DNA of 60,502 nt from an uncultured Nitrososphaerota archaeon. Its GTDB lineage: Archaea > Thermoproteota > EX4484-205 > JAAOZP01. Below, piece after piece: positions 35,733-46,200 of this stretch (positions within the stretch are counted from its first letter, which is position 1; every line of letters starts with the position of its first letter). The stretch spans positions 1-60,502 of the forward strand of contig CAZTSG010000003.1 in NCBI GenBank assembly GCA_964616835.1. The letters are read 5' to 3'. The notes below the pieces were generated by a model. The model did no database searches. It had not been told where the DNA came from and saw only the letters and a program-made list of their open reading frames with translations. The position numbers and the translations under genes were made by a program.

Positions 35733-37607
35733 TCAATGAGAAGGAGAGGCGTAATGTATTTCACAATGCTTCCCGGGGATTATGCTGCGAACAATCTCCC
35801 GCAGCCTAGCAACCTCCTTACGTGGAAGCGTTCTGCCCTCTAAGAGCTTATCAACTAGTCTAGCTGCCTCCTTATTCTTATCCCTATTCCCCGGGACTAC
35901 ATAAGCATACCTTTTACATTTCGCCTTGACTTTCCCAAGGCTCCCGTAGACTATTTCGCCACCGTCAGTGATGCCAACCCATAGTTTCAACTCCACGTTT
36001 CTTATGAAGTTCTTCTCACCGTGAACCATGAAAGCACCCTTCGGAAGGTACTGGCCTGGGGGAGCCTGCTTGCTGAGCTGACTTCCCTTGACCCAGTAGA
36101 CGTCGAGGGAAGCATATTTGCCCTCCCAAGCCTTAGTAGTGTAGCAAGCAGCCATTAACGCAGCCTCCTCCAATTCCTCCTGCGAAGGGTTTTCAACATC
36201 GTGTATGGTTACGAAGGGTGCGCCGACGAAGTCAGCATGAAGTACAATACCGTTTTCTCCAACGTACTTCTTGACGAGAAGCTCATTAGTCCCGGCGTCT
36301 TTCCCGGCCAGTATCAGGCTCCCGTTCGCAGAAATGTTCCAACGGAATTTCTCGTACCATTTCTTCTCCTCAACCTTTTTCTTGGGCAATATCTTGCTTG
36401 GAGCAGCCTCCTTAAGCGCCAGTATCTTCGCATCCATCTCCGAAAGATGTTTCTCTATCTTCTTAGCTTCCTCAAACATTTTTGAAGCATTGGATGCTGC
36501 TGAAGAATCCATTTCTAAAGCGTACTCGATGTCGTTGAACAAGACTCTGACGATCCTCTTGTCATAATTCTTTTCAACAATCTTAACACCTTCAGGAGGC
36601 TCTTTCCCGCTCTTAACACTGTCCAAGACTGTTTGAAAGAGGTGGAGATTATCCATCAGCGTCCTAGCCTTCAGCTTCAGCATGCTTGCTTCCGAGACCA
36701 TTCTCTCCCTAGCCTTGAGCAGCTTCTCTAATTCTCTCGAAGCCCTTTCAACCCCCTTCCTCGCTTCAAAACCCATCGCAGCATAGTATTCATCCAAGGC
36801 TTCCGACATGGTTTCGAAACTCTTCTGCTCAAACTCCTTCATCGAAACCAAGAATACTCCTGAAGCGTCTACTGGGGACCCGTTGGAGTAGTAGAGCTTC
36901 GGCTTAGGGTTCTCCTCAGCCTCTTTAACAAGCATTCTCGCAACATCGATTATGGTCTGCATCTTATTCTCAACCCTAGAACCAGGATCTAATCCTGCCC
37001 TGCAACATATCTCGCTCATAATCTTCGAGCCGAAGCCCAGCTTGCCGGCTATGAAGCGATCAACCCTCTCTGACGCGAACTCCTCGAAAGCCCCAGCGTC
37101 AGTCACATCACGGGGATCGATTATATTGGAAGGGGGAAAAGCATATTTCTCACCCTCCCTGAGGGTCCTCGCTCCAGTCTCCATTTTCTGCGACGTGAAG
37201 AGAATAGTCCAGTCTCCGGAGACGAGTACTATAACACCCTTTTTCAACCCCTCTATTATAAGCTTGGCGTTTAAACTGCTTCTCGAAAGGCTTATCACAA
37301 TTATCCTGTCGAAATCGTGTTGAGCAACATCCTCAACCCTTAGGTTCCTGATTAGCTTCCTGAGCCTCGTCAAGGAGGGGCTCGGCCTACTTACAACAGG
37401 ATGATCATACCTTGTTAAGAAAACTGCTTCACCAGGTATGGCTATAAGCTTCTTAACAACCCCCTCCGCCCTGAACTTAAAAACGTAATAGCCGTAGTCC
37501 GGGTTCTCGTAGACGTTGTCAACCCAGGCGCCGCGTAACTGGCTTGAGAGCTCCCTAGCAAGTACGAGGTAGTCGACGCTGGAAAGACTTATTTTCCGAT
37601 TGCTCAA
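35733..37607 (-). CDS. NFACT-family protein (Rqc2/NEMF/FbpA homolog, ribosome quality control)
   Basis: 624 aa. NFACT-N-like N-terminus, a central coiled coil, a DUF814/NFACT-R-like segment (ILAGKDAGTNELL...LHADFVGAPFVTI), and a C-terminal domain. Confidence 0.8.
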   Translation of the reverse strand: MSNRKISLSSVDYLVLARELSSQLRGAWVDNVYENPDYGYYVFKFRAEGVVKKLIAIPGEAVFLTRYDHPVVSRPSPSLTRLRKLIRNLRVEDVAQHDFDRIIVISLSRSSLNAKLIIEGLKKGVIVLVSGDWTILFTSQKMETGARTLREGEKYAFPPSNIIDPRDVTDAGAFEEFASERVDRFIAGKLGFGSKIMSEICCRAGLDPGSRVENKMQTIIDVARMLVKEAEENPKPKLYYSNGSPVDASGVFLVSMKEFEQKSFETMSEALDEYYAAMGFEARKGVERASRELEKLLKARERMVSEASMLKLKARTLMDNLHLFQTVLDSVKSGKEPPEGVKIVEKNYDKRIVRVLFNDIEYALEMDSSAASNASKMFEEAKKIEKHLSEMDAKILALKEAAPSKILPKKKVEEKKWYEKFRWNISANGSLILAGKDAGTNELLVKKYVGENGIVLHADFVGAPFVTIHDVENPSQEELEEAALMAACYTTKAWEGKYASLDVYWVKGSQLSKQAPPGQYLPKGAFMVHGEKNFIRNVELKLWVGITDGGEIVYGSLGKVKAKCKRYAYVVPGNRDKNKEAARLVDKLLEGRTLPRKEVARLREIVRSIIPGKHCEIHYASPSH

Positions 37608-37627
37608 CCCTATGACGAATAGATGAC

Positions 37628-37909
37628 ATGGGATTTAAACCTGAAACCGTGATTTACTGGACGAGAGTTGGAATCGGAGCCCTGATGGGTATTGTTCACG
37701 CCCTGTTCTGGAGACCCCCATTGTCGATAATTTCGTCTTTCTCCCTAATGTTGATAGTATACCTCATAACGTATCACTTCTTTAAGAAGCTTTACGGCGA
37801 TGTTTTAAGCGACAAGGACGCTGCGTGGAAGGAGGGGGTTGGAAGCTTCTTCCTATCCTGGTTGTTCACCTGGTTTCTTCTCTACAACACTCTTTTTCCC
37901 AGCGGGTAG
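37628..37909 (+). CDS. Small hypothetical membrane protein
   Basis: 93 aa with 2-3 hydrophobic helices. Its 3' end overlaps the convergent ORF 37853..38203. Confidence 0.4.
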   Translation: MGFKPETVIYWTRVGIGALMGIVHALFWRPPLSIISSFSLMLIVYLITYHFFKKLYGDVLSDKDAAWKEGVGSFFLSWLFTWFLLYNTLFPSG

Positions 37910-38203
37910 TTTCCTCAGGAAATCCATCCACGCGTTAAAAAAACCCTCTTCCTCCCTGCTCAGGTAATGGGTCTCTACAGACTCCTTCATGCTCTTTAAG
38001 TGGATCCTAGGGTCTCCGGAATCTATTACACTGCCTTCAACAGGCTTCCGTAAAGCATGGACTATTCCCCTCAAGCCTTTCAAATAGCCAACTTCATACT
38101 CGTCCCTAGGCCTGAAGCTCTCTATCTGCTTCTCAGCCTCATCCAGATTCCTGCGGACAATCATCGTCAGAATCCTGCTCAAACTATCCGTGCTCTTTCC
38201 CAA
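37853..38203 (-). CDS. Hypothetical soluble protein
   Basis: 116-aa charged helical ORF. No family recognised. Confidence 0.35.
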   Translation of the reverse strand: MGKSTDSLSRILTMIVRRNLDEAEKQIESFRPRDEYEVGYLKGLRGIVHALRKPVEGSVIDSGDPRIHLKSMKESVETHYLSREEEGFFNAWMDFLRKLPAGKKSVVEKKPGEQPG

Positions 38204-38306
38204 ACCCTGCAGACTCCAAACAATAAGCGTATAATAAGGTTTATCCGAGGAATGGGGATTTGGAAAGTTTTAAAAATATTGTTTAGCCTGTTAGAGCGCT
38301 CGGGCT

Positions 38307-39485
38307 TTGAAATACCTAGTCGTAGTTGGAGACGGGATGGCTGATTATCCCGTTAGCGAAGCAGGATGGAAGACTCCTCTTCAACTCGCCTACAAGCCCA
38401 ACATGGATTTCATAGCTAGGAGGAGCAAGATGGGGCTGCTTAAAACCCTGCGCCCAGACCTCCCGAAGGGAAGCGATGTTGCAAATCTCGTCATACTTGG
38501 ATACGACCCGTACGCGTGCTATACCGGCAGGGGGCCGATAGAGGCCGCTGCGAGGAAGATAAGAGTCGGAGACGATGAAGTTGTTTTCAGATGCAACTTG
38601 ATAACAGTTGAGGAGGGTAAGATAATAGATTATTCCGGGGGGCATATTACTACGGAGGAGGCTAGGCTTCTCGTATCCGAGTTGAACAATAGGCTCGGCG
38701 AATACGGAAGATTCTACGGTGGAGTAAGCTACCGGAACATATTCGTCTCCAAGATTGGGGAGAGGCTTGAGTCAACTCCCCCGCATGAAATAATGGGGGA
38801 ACCCTACGAGAAATACTTGCTGAAGCCTGACAACGAGGAGGCTAGGAGGCTTAACGAAATGATGCTCAAATCGATAAGCATACTCTCCGAGAACCCTGTC
38901 AACACCCGTAGGGTAAGCCTAGGTGAGAAGCCTGCGAACATGGTTTGGATCTGGGGGCAGGGGAAGACTCCGAGGCTTCAACCTTTCTTGGAGAAACACG
39001 GTCTAAGGGGCACGGTGATATGCGCAGTGGACTTGATAAAAGGCATAGGGGAGCTTGCAGGCATGAATGTGCCAGACGTACCTGGTGCAACCGGGTATTA
39101 CGATACTAGTTACGAGAATAAGGCTCTCTACGCTTTAAGAGCGCTGGAGGATTCCGATTTCGTCTACCTTCACGTTGAGGCTCCTGACGAAGCGGGTCAC
39201 GAGGGGGTTTTAGAAACAAAAATCAAGGTTATCGAGGAGATGGATAGGAGGCTCTTCGGCAAAATACTTGATAGCATCAACGTCGACAATACTTCCATAA
39301 GCATTCTCCCAGACCATCCGACGCCGCTGGCAGTGAGGAAACACACAACCGATCCCGTGCCTTTCTCTGTAATGAAGCCTGGTTTGAATGGTGATGGAAA
39401 CCCTTTTGACGAGGATTCTGGGAGGAAAGGATCATTAGGGCTTGTCGACGGGATGGATTTCATCAAACTGCTTAAAGAGGTCTAG
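38307..39485 (+). CDS. ApgM-family metalloenzyme paralog (cofactor-independent phosphoglycerate mutase / 'proposed homoserine kinase' subgroup)
   Basis: KYLVVVGDGMADYP, KTPLQLAYKPNMD, GSDVANLVILGYDP..YTGRGPIEAA, FRCNLITV, HVEAPDEAGHEG, LPDHPTP. Confidence 0.8.
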   Translation: MKYLVVVGDGMADYPVSEAGWKTPLQLAYKPNMDFIARRSKMGLLKTLRPDLPKGSDVANLVILGYDPYACYTGRGPIEAAARKIRVGDDEVVFRCNLITVEEGKIIDYSGGHITTEEARLLVSELNNRLGEYGRFYGGVSYRNIFVSKIGERLESTPPHEIMGEPYEKYLLKPDNEEARRLNEMMLKSISILSENPVNTRRVSLGEKPANMVWIWGQGKTPRLQPFLEKHGLRGTVICAVDLIKGIGELAGMNVPDVPGATGYYDTSYENKALYALRALEDSDFVYLHVEAPDEAGHEGVLETKIKVIEEMDRRLFGKILDSINVDNTSISILPDHPTPLAVRKHTTDPVPFSVMKPGLNGDGNPFDEDSGRKGSLGLVDGMDFIKLLKEV

Positions 39486-39836
39486 ATGATGAAATACTCT
39501 AAGAGGAAAGGGTATCTGGCTGAGCGAAAAGTGAGGATGATACTCAATAAGCATGGTTGGACGACAGTAAGGTCAGGGGGGAGCCTTGGGTCCGCTGACC
39601 TCGTATGCTTGTGGAGAGGAAGGTGCATACTGATTCAGGTTAAATCTACTAGTAAGAGTGCTCTCTACACCAGTCGTATTCCTAAGGAAATTCAGGGTTT
39701 TCCGCTTTACGTCGTAGTGGATTTCGGGTATGGAAACATCAGGGTTTTTAAACCGGGAGAGAAAGCGACAGAGAGCGGAGGAGTCCCTTTAAGCAAATTT
39801 TTGAAAACATTCAAAACAGCCGTCAACTCAGCATAA
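39486..39836 (+). CDS. Hjc-like archaeal Holliday junction resolvase family nuclease (short, with a variant active site)
   Basis: KRKGYLAERKV (E13), GSADLVC (D38) and ILIQVKS (Q51-x-K53) line up with the Hjc E / D / E-x-K catalytic pattern. It starts at the base directly after the apgM-paralog stop. Confidence 0.5.
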   Translation: MMKYSKRKGYLAERKVRMILNKHGWTTVRSGGSLGSADLVCLWRGRCILIQVKSTSKSALYTSRIPKEIQGFPLYVVVDFGYGNIRVFKPGEKATESGGVPLSKFLKTFKTAVNSA

Positions 39837-39971
39837 ACGCGAGTACGAAATCCTTATAGAGCCTCTTTGTAGAAAGAGAAAGAGGGCGATGGAGCATCGA
39901 GGTAAGCATTGTTGCAATAAAGCATGGGAGCAAGGCAGTGCCTCAGATAATTCTGAAGAAAGAAAATTAGC

Positions 39972-41546
39972 TTGGAGGAAATGACGACACTGGAGAAGAT
40001 TATTCAGAAGCTTCCGTTTGAAAAAATTATTGGGCAAACAGTAATGGGTTATGTTAAGGACAGTAGGAGCATCGAGTGTTTTAAAAAGATAGCGTTGGAG
40101 AATGCTTTAGGCGGGTTAATAATAGGGAGGGAAGTGCTTTCAAGCATTCGCAATATTGGGAGGGAGCTTAAGGAGCTGGCGGAGCTTTACAAGAAGACGT
40201 ATGGCTTCTCGATTATTCTCGCAACGGAGCAGGATGGCGGTAGGTTGGAGAAGCTTCCACAACCTTCTACGGAGCTCCCGAGCCTAATGGGCATAAGCGC
40301 CACGGGAGACACGAAGTCAGCCTACATAGCGGGGTACATAACTGCTCTAGAGCTTAGGACACTCAGCATCAACGTAAATCTGGCGCCAGTGGCCAATCTC
40401 TACCCCTACGAGACTATGCGGAGCTTTAGAGAGAACAGTTTCGGCGAAGATCCTGATGAAGTATCTGATTACGTCGCAAGCTACGTTAGAGGGCTGAGAA
40501 ATGGGGGCCTAATGTCTTTCGTCAAGTATTTTCCGAGGAGGTTTTTCGACCAGCGTGACAGGAACCTGGAGGCCCTTGGCGAGCTCTACAAGAGGGATTT
40601 CAAGCCTTTCCAAACAGCTTTCAAAATGGGTGTGGAGGGTGTTGTAATAGGGCATACTCCGCTCCCGGCTGTCGACAGTGCTAACACCCCGTCCTCGCTC
40701 TCGGCCAAGGTTGTTGAGAAAGTGGTTAAGAGGGGGCTTGGGTTCAAGAACATGCTTGTAACAGACTGTCTAAACGGCGAAGACAATTCAGTCCACATAG
40801 ACCCTGAGAAGGCTGCTGTAACAGCGTTGAAGGCTGGAAACCATATCGTAGTGCCATCCACGGATGAGGAGGATGTTAAGAACGCGCTGGAAAGAATCGT
40901 GGAGGAAGCTGGTAGAGACAAAGAGTTCTACAATAAGGTTAGGAACAGTGCGCTGGAGGTTCTAAGCTTCAAGCTGAGGAAACTAGAAAAGTTTAAGAAG
41001 ACTCCTGAGAAGACCCGGGGAAGCCTCATAAACAGGAGCAGGGCTTGGAAGATCTTCGTCAATAGCATAGCTGTAGTGAAGGGGGCTGGCGAGCTCCCCT
41101 TAAGGTTCTTCGGAAAACCCCTGGTTGTTCTCGCCAACAGGCTTAACAACCTTTTCGAAGACGATGAGAAGAAGAGGCTTCTGCAGACCCTAGAAGAGGA
41201 ATTCAACGGCTTCGAGCTCCTGGAACATGTTGATGAAATGCCGGGGAGGAGGCTGAACGAGCTTTACAGGAATACTCCGAGCAATACTCTGCTAGTGGTG
41301 CTAACCTACAATATGCATGAAGACGGTAAGGAGACTTCCGTTTTTAAGAAACTAATCGAGCTCTTCAGGGAGAATGTTGTAATATCGCTTGGGTCTCCTG
41401 AGGACCTTAAACTCTTCAGCGGCGCGAAAATATGTGTAGCAGCCTTCACGCCCAGCGTTACCGCAGTCAAGGCAGTCCTTAAGGTTTTAAGAAGCAAAAC
41501 ACCACCCCCCGGGAGAATACCTATTAGAGTGAGCCTAGGCTCCTAA
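39972..41546 (+). CDS. Glycoside hydrolase family 3 N-terminal-domain protein (NagZ/beta-hexosaminidase-like)
   Basis: ATEQDGGRL, NVNLAPVAN, VKYFPRR, VIGHTPLPAVD and MLVTDCLNG (candidate nucleophile Asp). Confidence 0.7.
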   Translation: MEEMTTLEKIIQKLPFEKIIGQTVMGYVKDSRSIECFKKIALENALGGLIIGREVLSSIRNIGRELKELAELYKKTYGFSIILATEQDGGRLEKLPQPSTELPSLMGISATGDTKSAYIAGYITALELRTLSINVNLAPVANLYPYETMRSFRENSFGEDPDEVSDYVASYVRGLRNGGLMSFVKYFPRRFFDQRDRNLEALGELYKRDFKPFQTAFKMGVEGVVIGHTPLPAVDSANTPSSLSAKVVEKVVKRGLGFKNMLVTDCLNGEDNSVHIDPEKAAVTALKAGNHIVVPSTDEEDVKNALERIVEEAGRDKEFYNKVRNSALEVLSFKLRKLEKFKKTPEKTRGSLINRSRAWKIFVNSIAVVKGAGELPLRFFGKPLVVLANRLNNLFEDDEKKRLLQTLEEEFNGFELLEHVDEMPGRRLNELYRNTPSNTLLVVLTYNMHEDGKETSVFKKLIELFRENVVISLGSPEDLKLFSGAKICVAAFTPSVTAVKAVLKVLRSKTPPPGRIPIRVSLGS

Positions 41547-41591
41547 ATTTTCCAGAGAGATTAATATACTTCCAGTTATCCAAATAGGCTG

Positions 41592-43271
41592 TTGAAGTGG
41601 TGGAGAGCACCGTTTAAAGCAGTAGACGGAGAATCATGCTCTAATACTCTCAGGCTTGTGAACAATCTTTCCGAAGCCGGTTTCAAAGTCGGAAGACTCG
41701 TGGGACCAAGGGGCTCTAAAGGAACCGGGCTACAGCCCGGAGACTTCGTCATAGGCGTTGAAGACCATTACTCTGAACGCTTGATTAACAACCTCGGCGA
41801 GGAATACGGTGTTGAACTAAAGCCTTTGAAAACATTTGACCCGGAGACCGTAGTTACAGTGAGGAGCCCGCTGATAGGGGTTTACAGCGGCGAGGGGGCA
41901 GGACCATACTACACCCAAGACATGGTAGAGGCCTTGGAGGAGATGGGTTTCAGGAAAGTATCTTTGCTAACTGGGCCTTTGACCCCGGGCGATTTAAGCA
42001 GCCTCGACGCGTTAATCTTCGGCGGAGGAGACAGTTTCCAAATACTCAGCTCTATGAAGCCTGAGGAGGCCAGGCTTATCAGGCAATTCGTAGAGTCTGG
42101 GGGGGTCTACATAGGTGTCTGCGCAGGTGCAATGCTCCCAGTCAAGCCGGTTAACATTCTCGGAGCGGCATACGGTCTCCTCGAAGCATGGGAGGAATTA
42201 CAGGTCGTAGAGTGTGAGATACTTAGCGACAGCGTTTCAGAACCCCGGTGGCCAGTTTTCTCGAGCAGGAGGTTGGGCGAGGTTTTGAGAACATACCCTG
42301 TCAAGGGGCTTGTTAAGTCGAAGATTGTGAAAAGGGGGCTTCTAACCCTAGGGTACAGGGAAGAGGTTACGATGTTGCACACAGGCCCGTTGATAAAAGC
42401 TAAAGATCCCAAGCAAGTATTCGGAGTAATAGGGTCAGTTTCAGAGAGCGCTGAGTACGGGCTGCCCTGTGAGAACGCTGTTGAAAAAGCCCAAGGGGCG
42501 AGCAGCATCATCATGGTTGAACACGGCTCTGGGAAAATAGTTCTCTTCACCTCGCACGTAGAGAGTATTGAAACCCCTGCGGTGCACGGTTTACTGGGGA
42601 ACGCTCTATTTCTGAAAACTTACGGCGATGGAGAGAAGAGGTTTTCGCAACACGTTGAAGAAATTAAGACTGAGGATTTTACGGCAGCATCCGAGTCCTG
42701 CAGGGTTTTAAAGCTTGTTAAAGATGCTGCTAGCAAGGTTGTTGAACAGGTTGAAAATGTGATACCCGGACTGTACGCCAGCCAGCTTGTTCAAGAAGCA
42801 GCTCAATTGAGAATGCTTAAGCAGGCTATTAACAGGATCGTGGCGAGAGAGAGTGTTGTACTGGAATCAATGGAGGAGGCTCTTAAGGCTGTTACAGTGC
42901 TCCAAGAATTGAGGAGGAAAGGCTTTGCGAATACTCAAATAGAAATACTCTCAAACAGCCTTGCGGAATGGAGCTACGTAGTTGGCAAAGCTAGGAAAGC
43001 ACTGCCACCGTTGCTCGAGAAAATCGTTGAGACTCAGGAGCTTATGGCCGATCTTTCTACAGTAATGGTTTCCTCCGACAGAAGCGATGTGGAGAAGAGG
43101 TTCGCCACCGTATGGAATGCGCTGGCAGGCTGTAGAGCACGTTTTGAAAAAGGAGTACCCGCCTCCCCCGGGGTAGTTTCGCCGCTAGCCAGCTTACTCA
43201 TCAACTTTACCGACTCGCTTGAGAAGATGAGGCTCCTAAGGAGGATCCTTACGTACTTGAAACAGCCTTAA
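41592..43271 (+). CDS. Hypothetical protein with a class I glutamine-amidotransferase-like (BPL_N-like) domain plus a helical C-terminal half
   Basis: LDALIFGGGDSFQIL...FVESGGVYIGVCAGAML resembles the GATase1/BPL_N nucleophile-elbow region. The C-terminal ~200 aa is helical and charged. Confidence 0.45.
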   Translation: MKWWRAPFKAVDGESCSNTLRLVNNLSEAGFKVGRLVGPRGSKGTGLQPGDFVIGVEDHYSERLINNLGEEYGVELKPLKTFDPETVVTVRSPLIGVYSGEGAGPYYTQDMVEALEEMGFRKVSLLTGPLTPGDLSSLDALIFGGGDSFQILSSMKPEEARLIRQFVESGGVYIGVCAGAMLPVKPVNILGAAYGLLEAWEELQVVECEILSDSVSEPRWPVFSSRRLGEVLRTYPVKGLVKSKIVKRGLLTLGYREEVTMLHTGPLIKAKDPKQVFGVIGSVSESAEYGLPCENAVEKAQGASSIIMVEHGSGKIVLFTSHVESIETPAVHGLLGNALFLKTYGDGEKRFSQHVEEIKTEDFTAASESCRVLKLVKDAASKVVEQVENVIPGLYASQLVQEAAQLRMLKQAINRIVARESVVLESMEEALKAVTVLQELRRKGFANTQIEILSNSLAEWSYVVGKARKALPPLLEKIVETQELMADLSTVMVSSDRSDVEKRFATVWNALAGCRARFEKGVPASPGVVSPLASLLINFTDSLEKMRLLRRILTYLKQP

Positions 43272-46200
43272 ACATACTTGGACAGGGGGATATCCTTGTG
43301 TAACTCGTCCAGCGAGCAGGGTGTGTAGGCTGACTCATGATCATTGTTCTTGAAGCGCATCGCTTCGATTATTCTCTCAGCCACCTCAAGGCTCGTGACC
43401 ACCGGTATCGCGAACTCTACGGCAGTCCTCCTTATAGCATACATGTCTCTAAGAGTCTCCTTATCCCTCAGGTCCGGCGTGTTTATGACCAGCCCGATCC
43501 TGCCGCTCGTGAGGAAGCTCATCGAATCCACGCCCTCCTCAGCCCTCTCACTAAGTCTGTTGACGAGTATCACGTTAATAAGCCCCCTGGAAGACAGGAA
43601 GCTCCTAGTGCCTCTTGTAGCAGCTATTGTAAAGCCCATTTCCACCAGCCTGTTAGCGAGCTCCGCAGCCGCAGGCTTATCTTCATCTCTAACCGTTATG
43701 AATATGATGCTGTTCCTTGAGGGGAGGCTGAGACCAGAGGAGACCCAAGCCCTTACAAAGGTGTTGATGAAATCGTAGCCTATGCAGGCAACCTCCCCGG
43801 TGGACCTCATTTCAACACCTAGAACAGGGTCAACGCCCTTAAGCCTGACGAAGGAGAAGACAGGGACTTTGACCCCCATGGTCTTCTCATTACGCTTAAT
43901 CAGGGAAAACTCTCTGAGCCTGCGGCCGGCCATCACTTTTCCGGCAAGCCATATCAACGGTACTCCAGTAACCTTGCTGACGAAAGGCATCGTCCTGCTC
44001 GCCCTCACGTTAGCCTCTATAACGTAGACCTCAGAATTCTTGACGAGATACTGGATGTTAAACGGGCCGACAATCCTGAGCTCCCTCGCAATCCTCACAG
44101 TATAATCCTTAATCTTCTCCACAACTTTTTCAGGAAGCCTCTGTGGCGGGATGATTATTGTGGCGTCGCCGCTGTGAGTACCAGCGTACTCAACATGCTC
44201 CATAACGCCTCCTATTAGAACGTCCTCGCCGTCGCTAACCGCGTCGACCTCAGCCTCGTAAGCCTGTTCGAAAAACTTGCTGATAACCACAGAGTGCTCA
44301 GGCGAGATCCTGGTAGCGTTCCGAATATACTCCACGAGCTCCTCCTCGTTCGCAGCAACATTCATGGCTGCACCGGACAATACGTAGGAGGGCCTCACTA
44401 AGACCGGGTAGCCCAAATCCCCGGCTTTGGAAACAGCCTCCTCAATGCTGGAAACCCTAGCCCAAGGCGGCTGCTTGATGCCCAATTTATCCAGAAGGAG
44501 GCTGAACTTAGCCCTGTCTTCAGCACGGTCTATGCTGACCGGCGAGGTCCCCAGTATCCTAACACCGTACTCGTGAAGCTTCGGAGTAATGTTGATAGGG
44601 TCCTGGCCTCCAACGCTTACGACAACGCCCTCAGGCTTCTCAGCCTCCACAATGTCCATAACCCTCTCGAAGGAGAGTTCTTCGAAGTAAAGCTTGTCAG
44701 ACATATCGTAGTCCGTCGAGACTGTTTCAGGATTATTGTTCACAACGATAACCTCGTCGAAACCCTCTTCCTTCATCGACCACACTGTGTGCATAGTGCA
44801 GTAGTCGAATTCAACACTACTACCAATCCTGTTAGTGCCCGCGCCCAAGATAATAACCTTCCTCTTACCAGGGCTCTCTGAAACATCACTGGCCTCGTCG
44901 CCGTAGGTGGCGTAGAGATAGTTTGTAACAGACTCCCATTCCGCAGCCATCGTGTCTATGAGTTTGAAAACAGGCTTGATGCCGTGCTTGACCCTGAAGC
45001 TCCTAACCTCGTCCTCGCTCCACCCGAGCCTCTTAGCTATCTGAACATCCGAGAAGCCGAGCCTCTTAGCCTCCCTTATCTTCTCAGCGATCTTCTCCTC
45101 GTCGTACTCGTCCCTTATGGATTTAAGCTCGTTATCCACCCGGATAATATTCAATATCCTGTAGAGGAACCATTTGTCTATTCCAGTTACCCTGCTTGCC
45201 TCTTCTACGCTGACACCGCTCTTCAACGCCCTGACGATGTTGAAAAGCCTCTCGTCAGTCGGCTTTAGAAACTCGCGCAGGTTCGACGGCACTCCATTAT
45301 CCTCTTCCTCGTTGCCGACAACCCCCACCCTGCCTATTTGAAGCATCCTCACAGCCTTCTGCAAAGCCTCTTCGAAAGTCCTACCTATCGCCATGACCTC
45401 TCCCACAGACTTCATCATAGTTCCTATCGTCCTATCAACGTCGCCGGGGAACTTCCTGAAGTCCCACCTGGGGTACTTTACGACAACGTAGTCTAGAGCA
45501 GGCTCGAAACTAGCCTTAGTGATCCCAGTAACCTTGTTCGTTATCTCGTCTATCCTATAGCCGACCGCCAGCTTCGCAGCCAAGTAGGCAAGAGGGTAGC
45601 CAGTCGCCTTAGAGGCTAAGGCACTGGACCTTGAGAGCCTGGGGTTAACCTCTACAACTATCAGCTCCCCGCTCTCAGGGTCGAGGCCGAATTGTATGTT
45701 GCACTCTCCGACGATACCGAGTTTCTCGACGATCCTCAGCCCAGCAGTCCTGAGCCTATGATACTCCTTATTAGTAAGCGTCTGAATAGGTACGACAACA
45801 ATCTTCTCACCAGTGTGCACACCCAACGGGTCGAAGCCCTCCATAGTGGCGACTGCAACAGCATTACCGTAATAGTCCCTCATGTACTCGTACTCAAGCT
45901 CCTTCCAGCCGAAGTAAGACCTTTCGATCAAAACCTCACCGTTAAGGCTCCATCTCAAGGCCTTGGAGACAGCGTTGCGAAGCTCATCCCTATTCCTAAC
46001 TATGTCGGAGCTCTGACCGCCTAGCGTGAAGGAAGTCCTCACGAGGAGTGGAAAGCCCAGCTCGTCTGAAATCCTGATAGCATCCTCAGGGGACCTTGCG
46101 ACGCCGCTTGGAGGAACCTTCAAACCAATATCCCACATGGCTCTCCTGAAAAGATCCCTGTCCTCAGCAGTCCTGATGGTTTCAATAGAGCACCCCAGCA

